Below, in pieces: positions 1 to 9,888 of a stretch of 39,409 bases of DNA (positions are counted from its first letter, which is position 1; each line of letters starts with the position of its first letter). The stretch covers positions 1 through 39,409 of the forward strand of contig DASRVB010000094.1 of NCBI GenBank assembly GCA_035687725.1, written 5' to 3'. The position numbers and the translations under genes are program-made. Source of the DNA: Gemmatimonadota bacterium (GTDB lineage: Bacteria; Gemmatimonadota; Gemmatimonadetes; JACCXV01; JAHWKZ01). The notes beneath the pieces are model-generated. The model saw only the letters and a program-made list of their open reading frames with translations. It did no database searches and had not been told where the DNA came from.

Positions 1-1
1 T

Positions 2-112
2 GAGGGCTTCAAGTCCCTGAGCGACAACGACGAGGTCGAGTACGACGTCGAGCAGGGCCCCAAGGGCGCCCAGGCGACGAACGTCAAGCGCCTTTCGTCG
101 AGCTCGATGTAA
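2..112 (+). CDS. cspA: Cold-shock protein, 3' fragment (truncated by window edge)
   Basis: Not in the ORF track. Frame from nt 2 reads EGFKSLSDNDEVEYDVEQGPKGAQATNVKRLSSSSM*, the typical CSD C-terminal half (EGFKSL...VEY.VEQGPKG.QA.NV). TAA at 110-112. Confidence 0.93.
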   Translation, partial: EGFKSLSDNDEVEYDVEQGPKGAQATNVKRLSSSSM

Positions 113-151
113 AGAGCGCGACCCCCGCGGCACTCGCCGCGTGGTATTGAA

Positions 152-185
152 GAGCCCCCGTCGGGAAGCCGGCGGGGGTTTTTCG
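152..185 (+). terminator. Rho-independent terminator after csp
   Basis: Stem CCCCCGTCGG (155-164), loop GAAG, CCGGCGGGGG (169-178), followed by TTTTTCG. Confidence 0.85.
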
Positions 186-206
186 TTGGGAATGGCAACC
201 GGGGGG

Positions 207-234
207 TTGACCCCGTTACGGGTCGAGATATCCT
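207..234 (+). promoter_or_regulatory. Putative sigma70 promoter for a leaderless amidohydrolase transcript
   Basis: TTGACC (207-212), 16 nt, TATCCT (229-234), 7 nt before the GTG at 242. No Shine-Dalgarno. Confidence 0.5.
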
Positions 235-241
235 GAGCATC

Positions 242-3200
242 GTGGGCTCTGCCGAACGCGCTGCTGCCACCTGTTTCGTGATCCTGGCCGTCACGGCGGT
301 TTCCGCTCGTGCTCAGCCGGAATCGGGGAACACGGGTACTCCGGCTCCTCTCGACACTATCGCAATCACGACCCGCGAAGGGACACGGCTCGCGTTCGAC
401 CTCTCGCGCGACGGGCGAACGATCGTCCTCGACCTGCTCGGGGAGCTCTGGACGCTCGACGCGAGCGGTGGCGAGGCACGCAGGATCACCGATGCGATCC
501 GCGACACGGCCGAAGTCCTCGATCCCGCGTTCTCTCCCGACGGCGGGCAGGTCGTGTTCTCCGGCGAGAAGGGCGGACGACGCGGATTGTGGCTCGCGGA
601 GATCGGGGGCGGGCTGCCGCGACTCCTCTCGCGTACGCCGGACGGCGAAGGGTTCGACGGCCAGGCGGCCTGGTCACCCGACGGCCGGTCCGTGGCCTTC
701 GCGCGCGCCGTCGTGCAGGTCGAGGGCCAGGAGGTCTCGGGGTGGAGCGAGATCGCGCTCCTCGACGTGGCCTCCGGCGATATCCGATCGATTCCCATCG
801 AGGGTCTGCCGGAGCGCGACGTGCGGGATCCCGCCTGGTCGCCGGACGGCGCGCGAATCGCGTTCGTCAACGCGTGGGCGCAGGACGGCGACGGCGGGCG
901 CGTGTGGAGCGTGGCGGCGGGGGGCGGCTCGGCGACTCCCCTGACGCGCGAGGGGATGCGCGCGCTCGCGCCCGCGTTCTCGCCGGATGGTGAGCAGCTC
1001 GCCTTCCTCGCGCGGGATTCCGTGGGGCGCTGGCAGGTCTGGGTGATTGCGACGGCCGCGAAATCGGCGAGCCAGCCGCGGGCCGTCACCGACCACAGGG
1101 ACGTCGCGCCGACGCGCGTTCGCTGGTCGCCCGACGGCGACGAACTCCTCTATTCCGCCGATGGGCGCCTCTGGCGCCTCCCGGTGGGCGGCGGAGAGCC
1201 GGCGAGGATCCCGTTCGCGGCCACGCTCTCGGTCCCGCGCCCGCGCGTCCATCTCGCGCCCGTCCGCTTCCCCGCACCGGGCGCCGTGCTGTCCGCGCGC
1301 GGTCACATGGGTCTCGCGCTCTCGCCGAGCGGCACCCGGATCGGCGTGATCGCGCTCGGCAAGCTCTGGGTCGTGCCGATCGGCGGTGGGCGGGGGGAGT
1401 TCGGCGAGCCGCGCGCGGTGGCCGAGGTTTCCTCGACCGCGCACGGCCTGGCATGGTCGCCCGACGAGAGGGAGATCGCATTCGCAGCCGGCCCGCTCGA
1501 ATCCGAGGACCTCCACGCCGCCGACGTCGCGACGGGCGCCATCCGACGCGTGACCGCGCTCGAGGGCGGCGAGCGGGAGCCGCTCTGGTCCCCCGACGGC
1601 GAGCACCTGGCCTTCGTGCACGCGACGCCGGAGGGACACCGGCTGCGCCTCGTCGACGCCCGTGCCCCTGTAGCCGACGACCTGGAGGCCACCATCGATC
1701 TCGGGGAGGTCTCGGCGACGTGGGTCGGCGAGACGTCCGACGCGCCCGCATGGAGCCCGGACTCCCGCGCGCTTCTCGTCCGGCTGGATCCTCACCCGAT
1801 CCTCGGCACAGGAGCCGAGCTCGTGACCTTGAGCGGCGAGCGGCGACGCCTCGAGCGCTTCGCCGACGCGCCCGTCTTCCTTCAGTGGCCGAGGCCGAAC
1901 ACGATCGTGTTCGCCCGCCACGACCGGCTCTGGACGGCGGAGTTCGACTCCGTCCGCGGCGTCGTCGGCGACCCCGTTCCGCTCGGCGATGCCGCCGCGA
2001 TGTACCCTTCGGTCGCCAGGGACGGGACGATCCTCTATCTGTCGGGAGACGGTTGGCGGCTGCGATCGCCGTCGGGAGACGAGCGCACCCTCGGCTGGGC
2101 GCTCCACTACACGCCGCCAACCCCCGCTCCGCTCCTCCTCCGCAACGTGCGGCTCATCGACGGGACGGGCGCGCCGCTGTCGGCACCCCAGGATCTGCTC
2201 GCGCGCGACGGCAGGATCGCTCGCATCGAGCCCACCGGCGGCACATGGGCCAGGCCGGAGAACCTGGAACCGGATACGAGAGTCCTCGATGTGGAAGGTC
2301 GCATCGCGATCCCGGGACTCATGGACCTCCACATGCACAGCTATGAGCCCGCTCAGCTGCCAGGGCGCCTGTACTACGGCGTGACGACGATCCGCGACCA
2401 GGGCTCGCGGATCGCCACGCTGGTGGCCACCGGCGAGGCGATCGCCGCGGGCGTGATCCCCGGGCCGCGCGTCAGCTACGGCGGGTTTCAGTTCTTCACC
2501 GACTGGCCCTACGACGGGGAGGAATGGCGCGGCATCGAGCCCGAGGCCGACCCCGGCCACGTGGAGCGAAGCGTGGAGCTGGCTGTCGCGCTGGGCGCCC
2601 ATCACGTCAAGACGCGGACGTTCCGCCGCTGGGACATCAACGCGCGTATCGTCGAGGCCGCCCATCGCCGGGGTCTGCGCGCCACTGGCCACTGCGCGCA
2701 TCCCCTTCCCCTCGTCGCGGCCGGCATGGACGCTCAGGAGCACGTGGGAGCGTGCACGGGGCGTGGAGATCCCCTGGCGTACGACGACATCCTCCAGCTC
2801 TATCGCGCGGCGGGAATCGCCGTCATCCCCACCGTGATCTACTGGGACATGACGGCCCGGGTCGCCCGGGACGGAGGCATCGCGCCCGGCGGCGGCCTGG
2901 ACCCCTGGGAACCTGTGGGAGACCTCGATTGGATGCGCGCCCTGTCGGCCGAAGACCAGGCCTGGTGGGGGGACAGGGCCAGTGCTTCGCGGGAGATGGC
3001 GGGGCGCCTCCACCGGGCCGGCGTTCCCGTCGGGTCGGGAACCGACGTGTGGCAGGTGCCATGGGGAGTGCATCTCGAGCTCGAGGAACTCGTGCGCGCG
3101 GGGCTGTCGCCGCTCGATGCGATCCGCGCCGCGACCGAGGTCTCCGCGGAGATCCTCGGGGCAGAGGAGGAGCTCGGAACGATCGAGGTCGGAAAGTGGG

Positions 3201-3334
3201 CGGACCTCGTGCTCCTCGACGCAGATCCCCTGGCGGACATCCGCAACACGGGCCGGATCCACGCGGTCATCAAGGGAGGCGAGATCGTCGATCGCGCGGC
3301 GATCCGCGAGCTCGTGCGCACGCACGGGCGATGA
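242..3334 (+). CDS. Secreted amidohydrolase-family protein with N-terminal TolB-like PD40 beta-propellers
   Basis: Signal peptide; repeated PAFSPDG/PAWSPDG/RWSPDG motifs; C-terminal amidohydrolase with PGLMDLHMH (HxH), GVTTIRD, GSGTD and GTIEVGKWADLVLLDADPL. Confidence 0.9.
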   Translation: MGSAERAAATCFVILAVTAVSARAQPESGNTGTPAPLDTIAITTREGTRLAFDLSRDGRTIVLDLLGELWTLDASGGEARRITDAIRDTAEVLDPAFSPDGGQVVFSGEKGGRRGLWLAEIGGGLPRLLSRTPDGEGFDGQAAWSPDGRSVAFARAVVQVEGQEVSGWSEIALLDVASGDIRSIPIEGLPERDVRDPAWSPDGARIAFVNAWAQDGDGGRVWSVAAGGGSATPLTREGMRALAPAFSPDGEQLAFLARDSVGRWQVWVIATAAKSASQPRAVTDHRDVAPTRVRWSPDGDELLYSADGRLWRLPVGGGEPARIPFAATLSVPRPRVHLAPVRFPAPGAVLSARGHMGLALSPSGTRIGVIALGKLWVVPIGGGRGEFGEPRAVAEVSSTAHGLAWSPDEREIAFAAGPLESEDLHAADVATGAIRRVTALEGGEREPLWSPDGEHLAFVHATPEGHRLRLVDARAPVADDLEATIDLGEVSATWVGETSDAPAWSPDSRALLVRLDPHPILGTGAELVTLSGERRRLERFADAPVFLQWPRPNTIVFARHDRLWTAEFDSVRGVVGDPVPLGDAAAMYPSVARDGTILYLSGDGWRLRSPSGDERTLGWALHYTPPTPAPLLLRNVRLIDGTGAPLSAPQDLLARDGRIARIEPTGGTWARPENLEPDTRVLDVEGRIAIPGLMDLHMHSYEPAQLPGRLYYGVTTIRDQGSRIATLVATGEAIAAGVIPGPRVSYGGFQFFTDWPYDGEEWRGIEPEADPGHVERSVELAVALGAHHVKTRTFRRWDINARIVEAAHRRGLRATGHCAHPLPLVAAGMDAQEHVGACTGRGDPLAYDDILQLYRAAGIAVIPTVIYWDMTARVARDGGIAPGGGLDPWEPVGDLDWMRALSAEDQAWWGDRASASREMAGRLHRAGVPVGSGTDVWQVPWGVHLELEELVRAGLSPLDAIRAATEVSAEILGAEEELGTIEVGKWADLVLLDADPLADIRNTGRIHAVIKGGEIVDRAAIRELVRTHGR

Positions 3335-3358
3335 TGCCAGACACTTCGAGGAGGCGAA

Positions 3359-3715
3359 ATGGCTTACGTCGACGGATTCCTGGTACCGGTCCCGCAGAGC
3401 AAGGTCGCCGAGTACCGGCGCATGGCGCAGAAGGCGGGCAAGGTCTGGATGGAGCACGGGGCGCTCGAGTTCCGCGAATGCGTCGCGGACGACCTCGACG
3501 TGCAGGAGGTGCGGTCGTTCAGGGACGGGGCCGCCCTGAAGCGTGGCGAGACCGTCATGTTCTCGTGGATCGTCTACAAGTCGAAGGCGCATCGGGATCG
3601 GGTCAACGCCAAGGTCATGAAGGACCCGCGAATGGCCGGCATGGACGAGAAGACCATGCCGTTCGACGCGAAGCGCATGTGTTACGGGGGGTTCAAGGTC
3701 CTGGTAGACCTATGA
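3359..3715 (+). CDS. DUF1428 family protein (YbaA-like)
   Basis: MAYVDGFLVPVP...EHGALEFRECVADD...ETVMFSWI...MPFDAKRMCYGGF; GAGGAGG RBS upstream. Confidence 0.9.
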   Translation: MAYVDGFLVPVPQSKVAEYRRMAQKAGKVWMEHGALEFRECVADDLDVQEVRSFRDGAALKRGETVMFSWIVYKSKAHRDRVNAKVMKDPRMAGMDEKTMPFDAKRMCYGGFKVLVDL

Positions 3716-3816
3716 GATCCTCGGGCCTGTGGCGTCCGACATCGCGCGAGGACCATCCTGTCCCTTGGAAATTTTCGTGCCCCGGCATCCGGGGACCATT
3801 ACACTTTCAGGCCGGT

Positions 3817-4533
3817 ATGTCTCATCCCTCCTGGTCAGAAGCAGCGCCGCTCACTCGTGGCATGGTAACCGCGCTCTGGGCCGCGGCGGCCCTGGCCATG
3901 GCGTGCGCCGGCACCACGCCGCCGGCCGCCGTCCCGGCGGCGAGCGCCGCCCCGGACCCGTCGTCCGCCGATCCGGCGGCGGTCGCCGACAGCATCCGAA
4001 ACTCCTTCACGGCTGCCGACGTAGAGTTCATGGAAGGCATGATCCACCATCACGCGCAGGCGCTCGTGATGGCCCGGATGATTCCGACCCACACGTCCAA
4101 CGGCCCGCTCCAGGTCCTGGCCGGGCGGATCGTCGTGGGACAGAACGACGAGATCGCGATCATGCAGAACTGGCTGCGGGACAACGGCCAGCCCGTGCCC
4201 GAGCCGGACACGACGGCGGCAGGAGAGCATGCGATGCACGGCGGGGGCCATGGGGAGCACTCGCTCATGCCCGGGATGCTGACCGCGGCCCAGATGGCCC
4301 AGCTCGATGCCGCCCGCGAGGACGAGTTCGACCGGCTGTTCCTGACGTTCATGATTCAGCACCATCAGGGGGCGATCACGATGGTGGAAAAGCTGTTCGG
4401 CACCTACGGCGCGGCGCAGAACGACTTGGTGTTCAAAATCGCTTCCGACATCGGGGCCGATCAGACCAGCGAGATCGATCGCATGCAATCGATGCTTCGG
4501 GAGATGATGTTCGGGCCCACGGGCTCGCGGTAG
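3817..4533 (+). CDS. DUF305 domain (ferritin-like) lipoprotein, 238 aa
   Basis: 3' part of track ORF 2524..4533; ATG at 3817 (start could be slightly later). Lipobox-like LAMAC; ADVEFMEGMIHHHAQAL, MPGML and FDRLFLTFMIQHHQGAITM motifs; His/Met-rich linker. Confidence 0.88.
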   Translation: MSHPSWSEAAPLTRGMVTALWAAAALAMACAGTTPPAAVPAASAAPDPSSADPAAVADSIRNSFTAADVEFMEGMIHHHAQALVMARMIPTHTSNGPLQVLAGRIVVGQNDEIAIMQNWLRDNGQPVPEPDTTAAGEHAMHGGGHGEHSLMPGMLTAAQMAQLDAAREDEFDRLFLTFMIQHHQGAITMVEKLFGTYGAAQNDLVFKIASDIGADQTSEIDRMQSMLREMMFGPTGSR

Positions 4534-4592
4534 CGCACCCCGTCCGATGTTCGTTCGTAAGTAGTTCTCTCACCTCATCAACGGAAGTGCTC

Positions 4593-6575
4593 ATGTACAC
4601 GATTCCCCCGATGATCCGGCCGATCGCGTTCACGGCCGCTCTAATAGCGCTCGTCCTGGGCGCGATGCCGGCGGTGGCCGCTCCGGCGTCCGATGCGCCG
4701 TTCGCGGCGCTCGATCCCGATACCACCGACCCCCGCATCGGCCTTGCCGCGGGGGGCGCCGACGCCGAGCAGGCTCTCTGGAACCTGCGGCTCCTCTCGA
4801 ATACGCCCAAGGCGGAGCAGTTCGAAGAAGCCACGAACTCCGACCTCGCCTTCATGGACAACTACGTGATCCAGGGCAACTACAACGGCTACCAGATCTG
4901 GGACATCTCGAACCCGTCGGCCCCGACGCTGGCCAAGGGCTACTTCTGCCCGGCCTCGCAGAGCGACGTCTCGGTATACGGCAACCTGCTGTTCGTCTCC
5001 GGCGAGGGCCTGAGCGGCCGCATCGACTGCGGCGGGCAGGGTGTCCAGGACACGGTCAGCACGGACCGCCTGCGGGGGCTCCGGATCTTCGACATCAGCG
5101 ATCTCCAGAACCCGGTCAACGTGGGCAACGTGCAGACGTGCCGTGGTTCCCATACGCACTCGGTCCTCGTGGACCCCGACGACAAGGAGAACGTCTACGT
5201 CTACATCTCGGGCTCCTCTCAGGTGCGTTCCCCCAGTGAACTGCCCGGCTGCTCGGCCGCCATGCCGGACGAGGACCCGAACTCGGCGCTCTTCCGGATC
5301 GAGGTCATCAAGGTCCCTCTGGCGAACCCGGAACAGGCGGCGATCGTCTCGTCGCCGCGGATCTTCGAGGGTCTGGCGCCGGTCGAAGAGCACGGGGAGT
5401 CCTCGGCGGACCGTGAGGAACGGTTGGCGGAAGTCGCGGAGGCCAAGGCGTCGGGCGGCTACGTCGTGACGATCGAGGGTGAGGAGCAGGCCGTCACCGG
5501 CGGATTCCTCGAGTTCATGCTGGCGCAGGTCGTGCAGGAGCGGGGCGGCACGGGGGCGCCGACGGCCGCGGACAGCGCGTCGCTGCGGGCGGACATTCAG
5601 CAGAGGATCGATACGCTGTTCGGCCAGCAGGGTCCGGAGACCGGGCCCACTCAGTGTCACGACATCACGCTCTATCCGGCCATCGGCCTGGCGGGCGGCG
5701 CCTGCGGCGGCTACGGGCTGCTCCTCGACATCAGCGACCCGACGAACCCGCGTCGCGTCGCGGCGGTGGCCGACACGAACTTTTCGTACTGGCACTCGGC
5801 CACGTTCAACAACGACGGCACCAAGATCCTGTTCTCCGACGAGTGGGGCGGAGGCGGCGGAGCGAAGTGCCGCGCGACGGATCCGAAGGAGTGGGGGGCC
5901 GACGCGATCTTCACGATCGACGGTCACGATCTCGAGTTCCAGAGCTACTACAAGCTGCCGGCGGAGCAGACCGCGGTGGAGAACTGCGTCGCCCACAACG
6001 GCTCGCTGATCCCGATCCCCGGTCGCGACGTCATGGTGCAGGGCTGGTATCAGGGCGGCATCTCGGTGTTCGATTGGACCGACCCGACGAACCCTCAGGA
6101 GATCGCCTTCTTCGATCGCGGGCCGGTGAACGCCGAGGAGATGGAGAGCGGCGGGTCGTGGTCGGTGTACTGGTACAACGGCGTGATCGTGAACTCCGAG
6201 ATCGCGCGCGGTCTCGACATCCTGGAGCTGACTCCGAGCGAGTTCATCTCGCAGAACGAGATCGACGCGGCGCGCACGGTGCGCTTCGACTACAAGAACG
6301 TCCAGGGGCAGCAGCAGTTCGTCTGGCCGCCGAGCTTCGCGCTGGCGCGGGCGTACCTCGATCAGCTCGAGCGCTCGAGCGGCATGGACGCCGATCGGAT
6401 CGCCTCCGCGCGGCAGGCGCTGGATTCGGCGGAAGGCGCATCGGGCTCCGCGCGCGGGGAGGCGCTGAGCGCGCTGGCGGCGGAGCTGCACGGTGCCGCG
6501 GACGCAGCGCCCGAGTCCGCCAAGGTGCACACGCTGGCCACGGCGGTGGAGGAGCTCGCGGCCGTCCGGAGCTGA
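4593..6575 (+). CDS. Secreted LVIVD-repeat beta-propeller protein, 660 aa
   Basis: 3' part of track ORF 3729..6575; ATG at 4593; signal peptide; repeats IWDISNPSAP, IFDISDLQNP, LLDISDPTNP, VFDWTDPTNP. Confidence 0.85.
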   Translation: MYTIPPMIRPIAFTAALIALVLGAMPAVAAPASDAPFAALDPDTTDPRIGLAAGGADAEQALWNLRLLSNTPKAEQFEEATNSDLAFMDNYVIQGNYNGYQIWDISNPSAPTLAKGYFCPASQSDVSVYGNLLFVSGEGLSGRIDCGGQGVQDTVSTDRLRGLRIFDISDLQNPVNVGNVQTCRGSHTHSVLVDPDDKENVYVYISGSSQVRSPSELPGCSAAMPDEDPNSALFRIEVIKVPLANPEQAAIVSSPRIFEGLAPVEEHGESSADREERLAEVAEAKASGGYVVTIEGEEQAVTGGFLEFMLAQVVQERGGTGAPTAADSASLRADIQQRIDTLFGQQGPETGPTQCHDITLYPAIGLAGGACGGYGLLLDISDPTNPRRVAAVADTNFSYWHSATFNNDGTKILFSDEWGGGGGAKCRATDPKEWGADAIFTIDGHDLEFQSYYKLPAEQTAVENCVAHNGSLIPIPGRDVMVQGWYQGGISVFDWTDPTNPQEIAFFDRGPVNAEEMESGGSWSVYWYNGVIVNSEIARGLDILELTPSEFISQNEIDAARTVRFDYKNVQGQQQFVWPPSFALARAYLDQLERSSGMDADRIASARQALDSAEGASGSARGEALSALAAELHGAADAAPESAKVHTLATAVEELAAVRS

Positions 6576-6605
6576 GAACGGCAGCGACAATGGCAAGGTG
6601 TCGGA

Positions 6606-6640
6606 GCGGCCCGGCGGGAAGATCCCGCCGGGCCGTCTTC
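6606..6640 (+). terminator. Strong hairpin, probable terminator after the DUF305-LVIVD pair
   Basis: Perfect 13-bp stem CGGCCCGGCGGGA (6607-6619) / TCCCGCCGGGCCG (6623-6635); weak T tail (TCTTC). Confidence 0.6.
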
Positions 6641-6662
6641 GCGTAGACCCGGAGGAGGGCGA

Positions 6663-7823
6663 ATGGGAGGGAACCGTCCGGAACGCGGGCTCGTCCGCGC
6701 GGCCGCGCTCGCCGTCGTGATGCTCGCCGCGGAAGGAGCTCCGGGGCAAGCCCAGGCCCCGCCGGCCGTGGAGCGGACCGTGACGCTACCGACGGGAGTG
6801 GAGCTCCGGTACGTCGAGGCCGGCTCGCCGGCAGCGGAGACGGTGGTCTTCCTCCACGGCTACACCGACTCGAACCTGTCCTTCCGCTCCACGATCGAGG
6901 CGCTTCTCGAGCGACGTCCGGACCTGCGGATCCTGGCGCTCGACCTGCGGGGCCACGGCGGCTCGTCCATGCCGCCGGTCGCGGAGTGCGCGCCGGAGCC
7001 CTGGCGCTGCTTCCGGGTCGAGGACTTCGCGCGGGACGTGCTGGCGTTCCTGGAGGCGCTCGACGTCGACAGGACGCACGTGGTCGGCCACTCCTACGGC
7101 AGCATGGTGGCGCAGGACGTCGCGCTCGCCGCGCCGGATCGGATCGCGAGCATTGTGCTGATCGGTTCCGCGGCGCGGACGGTGGGGAACCCCGCCATCG
7201 AGCAGTTCGTATTGGGTCAGCTGATCGAGGGGACGTGGCGGCCGGAACTGGAAGCGCGCGGACTGGCCTGGCCGGCGGACGTGTACCAGTTGACCCCGAT
7301 CGAGATCGATCCGGGCGCAGAGGAGTGGCTCCTGGCGAACTGGGTGACCGAGATCGCCGGCGATCCGGACTACCTGGCGGAGATGGCGTCGCGGACGGCG
7401 CGCCTTCCCCTGGGCGCCTGGCTGGGGGTGGCGAGAGCGGCGCTGGAGTTCGACAACGTCGCGCGACTGGCCGATCTGACGGTGCCGACGCTCGTCCTCT
7501 GGGGCAGCCAGGACGCCGTGACCGCGGAGAGCGATCAGGTCGTTCTGCGGGCCGCCCTCGACGCGGCCGCGAAGGCGTGCCGGACGACCTACGTGTGGAA
7601 GATCTACGGTCGGGAGCCGCTCCCGGCGTCCGGGGTCGCCGAGAGCGACTTCGGACACAACTTCCAGTGGGGCGCGGGTCCGGAGGTGGCGGCCGACATC
7701 GCCGCATGGCTCGAGACCGGCGCGCCCTCGGAAGATCTCACCTACGTGGATCCGGCGGCCCCCGGCGGCAAGCGAACCGCGCGCGGCGAGGCGGACCTGA
7801 TCCGCGGACCCGACTGCTCCTGA
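6663..7823 (+). CDS. Secreted alpha/beta hydrolase
   Basis: VVFLHGYTDS, DLRGHG, nucleophile GHSYG, WGSQD, FGHN; signal peptide; GGAGGAGG RBS. Confidence 0.88.
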   Translation: MGGNRPERGLVRAAALAVVMLAAEGAPGQAQAPPAVERTVTLPTGVELRYVEAGSPAAETVVFLHGYTDSNLSFRSTIEALLERRPDLRILALDLRGHGGSSMPPVAECAPEPWRCFRVEDFARDVLAFLEALDVDRTHVVGHSYGSMVAQDVALAAPDRIASIVLIGSAARTVGNPAIEQFVLGQLIEGTWRPELEARGLAWPADVYQLTPIEIDPGAEEWLLANWVTEIAGDPDYLAEMASRTARLPLGAWLGVARAALEFDNVARLADLTVPTLVLWGSQDAVTAESDQVVLRAALDAAAKACRTTYVWKIYGREPLPASGVAESDFGHNFQWGAGPEVAADIAAWLETGAPSEDLTYVDPAAPGGKRTARGEADLIRGPDCS

Positions 7824-7833
7824 ATCCGGATCC

Positions 7834-8415
7834 TCAGGGCGCAGACCTGGAGGTGGAGTCGGCGCGCCAGCCGGTGACGAGTCCGGCGATGACGGTCCCC
7901 CCGAGCGACATCGCGAGGTCGCCGATCGTGTCTTCGTAGGTGAGCTGGAGGCCGGGCGAGCCGATCCGCATCGCGACGAACTCGATGATCTCCCAGAGGA
8001 TGTGGGCCACGGCGCCGAAGCCGATCGTGAGGCAGGCCGCGATCCAGGGTTCGAGCCCGAGCCGCAGGATCAGGAAGCCCACGGCGAGGACCAGGAACAG
8101 GAACGTGACGGTGTGCGCGACGTCGTCGAACCAGACCACCGTGTTGTAGAGGTCGAGCGCATTGCCGGCCACGTCGATGATGAACGGCAAGGCGAGGAAT
8201 ATGTCGGCCAGATGTGGGTAGGGCGGCCGCCGGCCGCGCAGCGCCCACACCACGGGAATCACCACGATCGAGATCGGATAGAACGCGGCGCGCGCGCCCA
8301 TCGCCTTTCCGCGGAAGCGGTCGAGTTCGAGGTGCGTCATCCCGTAATAGAGGAGCGCCACGAGAATGAGCTTGGCCGCCAGGTTCAGGAGCGGGAGGAT
8401 TCGATCGGCGCGCAC
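7834..8415 (-). CDS. Integral membrane protein (DUF2238-like)
   Basis: About 6 hydrophobic segments; motifs DVAGN.LDLY, WFDDVAH, LWEIIEF, YEDTIGDL. Confidence 0.7.
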   Translation of the reverse strand: MRADRILPLLNLAAKLILVALLYYGMTHLELDRFRGKAMGARAAFYPISIVVIPVVWALRGRRPPYPHLADIFLALPFIIDVAGNALDLYNTVVWFDDVAHTVTFLFLVLAVGFLILRLGLEPWIAACLTIGFGAVAHILWEIIEFVAMRIGSPGLQLTYEDTIGDLAMSLGGTVIAGLVTGWRADSTSRSAP

Positions 8416-8522
8416 GACGCCATCTTAGAAGGATCCGCGGTCCCGGCACAACGATTGGGGTAGCTCCGCGTTCCCGGACTGGATCGCGACGATCGCGCGC
8501 CGGGAGGCCCTGCCACCTGGAC

Positions 8523-9794
8523 TCAGCCGGAACGGGCGTGCGCCGCGGGCTCGGCGGGGATCGAATCGGCGGCGGCATTCCGTCGGCGTGCGAGCCACAG
8601 GAACGGAAGCGCCAGCGCCTGGATCGCCGCGCTGACGGCGTAGGAGGCGGGGTATCCCCAGAGGTCGGCGCTCCTGCCGAGCGGAGGCTGGAACACCACG
8701 CCGCCGGCCGAGTCGAGCATGGAATCGAAGGACAGGACCGTGGCCCTCTGATCGGACGGGATGAGTCCGTTCAGGTACGACTGGTGGACGGGTATGAGGG
8801 CGGCGAACAGAAGCCCCCAGAGAACGAGCAGCGCCAGGACCATCCAGAACCGGGGCACCGCCGCGATTCCGGCGAGGATGACGGCGCTCGATAGGGTGCC
8901 CGCGAGGAGGACCGAGGTCCGCTTCCGAAAGAGCCGGCCGATGTGGGACACCAGCATCCCGCCGGCGATCTGCGCGCCGGCGACGATGGCGGCCGCGAGC
9001 CCCGCCACGCCGTAGGCCCGCTCGTCGCCGTAGAGCTCGAGGAGGTAGGGCTGCATCGCGTAGAAGGCGTAGATCGTCACGCCACCGCTGAACGGGGCGG
9101 CCAGCATGATCCACCGGACCGCCGGGTTTCCGAGGCCGTGCTCGATCGAGCCGCGCAACACGCGCTTCGCATCCCGGAACGGGCCGCGGCCGCGGGCCGG
9201 CGTGAAGCCCAGGTCCCGCATCCACAGGAACGCCACCACGAAGGTGAACGCGAGGGTGATCGTTCGCAGCAGGTAGGGTACGCCGAGATTCGTCGCCTGC
9301 GCGATCGCGCCGCCGGCGACCGACCCGCCCAGCATGGCAACGCCCTGAACGATCTCGCCCTTGGCGAAGACGGACTCCAGCTTCCCGTCGAAGCCGCTCG
9401 CGGCGAGCGCGTCGACGAGCCACGCCGCAACCGCTCCCGAGAAGAACGTGAACCCGAGCCCCAGCAGCGCGGACGCCAGCGCCCAGGCCCAGAAGGGCGC
9501 GGAGATCCGCCACATCCAGAGGTACAGGAGCGTGGCGGCCGCCAGCGTGAGCGTGCCGACCAGATACGACATCCGCCGGCCGCGCGTATCGGCGACCACG
9601 CCGGTGGGCACTTCGAACAGCACGAGCCCGGCGGTGAAGAACGCGTTCGCCGCGAACGCCTCGGTGTTGCTGAGGCCCGCGTCCAGGAGGAACAGCGTGT
9701 TGATCCCCCAGATGAAGGAGGCCGCCAGCGTGTGGAGGAGCTCCAGCGTCAGGTAGACCCGCTGGACCTTGCGGCATTCGGCGTTCAGCGGCAC
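8523..9794 (-). CDS. MFS transporter
   Basis: About 12 TM segments; FEVPTGVVADTRGRR (MFS motif A) and IPSDQRATVLSFDS. Start placed at GTG 9794 or CTG 9788 next to GGAGGAGG, not at 9962, which overlaps the divergent cyclase gene. Confidence 0.88.
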   Translation of the reverse strand: MPLNAECRKVQRVYLTLELLHTLAASFIWGINTLFLLDAGLSNTEAFAANAFFTAGLVLFEVPTGVVADTRGRRMSYLVGTLTLAAATLLYLWMWRISAPFWAWALASALLGLGFTFFSGAVAAWLVDALAASGFDGKLESVFAKGEIVQGVAMLGGSVAGGAIAQATNLGVPYLLRTITLAFTFVVAFLWMRDLGFTPARGRGPFRDAKRVLRGSIEHGLGNPAVRWIMLAAPFSGGVTIYAFYAMQPYLLELYGDERAYGVAGLAAAIVAGAQIAGGMLVSHIGRLFRKRTSVLLAGTLSSAVILAGIAAVPRFWMVLALLVLWGLLFAALIPVHQSYLNGLIPSDQRATVLSFDSMLDSAGGVVFQPPLGRSADLWGYPASYAVSAAIQALALPFLWLARRRNAAADSIPAEPAAHARSG

Positions 9795-9853
9795 CTCCTC
9801 CCGACCCCGCGTCGCGGGCGCACGGTACCACGCGAGCCGCTGGAAGGCACGAT

Positions 9854-9882
9854 CTGACGGCCGGGGCGGAGCGCTGTATCGT
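9854..9882 (+). promoter_or_regulatory. Putative sigma70 promoter for a leaderless cyclase transcript
   Basis: CTGACG (9854-9859), 17 nt, TATCGT (9877-9882), 6 nt before the ATG at 9889. No SD. Confidence 0.5.
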
Positions 9883-9888
9883 TTCGGC

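Noticed and set aside
520-1770. Recurring TGGTCGCCGGACGGC-like DNA repeats
   Set aside because: They encode the WSPDG motif of PD40 repeats, with irregular spacing and synonymous variation; not a CRISPR array.
674-3592. 972-aa minus-strand ORF and similar long antisense ORFs (4641..6749, 8425..10959, 15517..17007, 22816..24375, 34819..36264)
   Set aside because: They lie on shadow frames of well-supported genes, are Arg/Gly/Ala/Pro-rich without motifs, and are expected when stop codons are rare at high GC.
2524-4592. Apparent long N-terminal extensions on the DUF305 (from 2524) and LVIVD (from 3729) ORFs, suggesting fusions
   Set aside because: The extensions overlap other real genes in different frames; signal peptides begin near 3817 and 4593.
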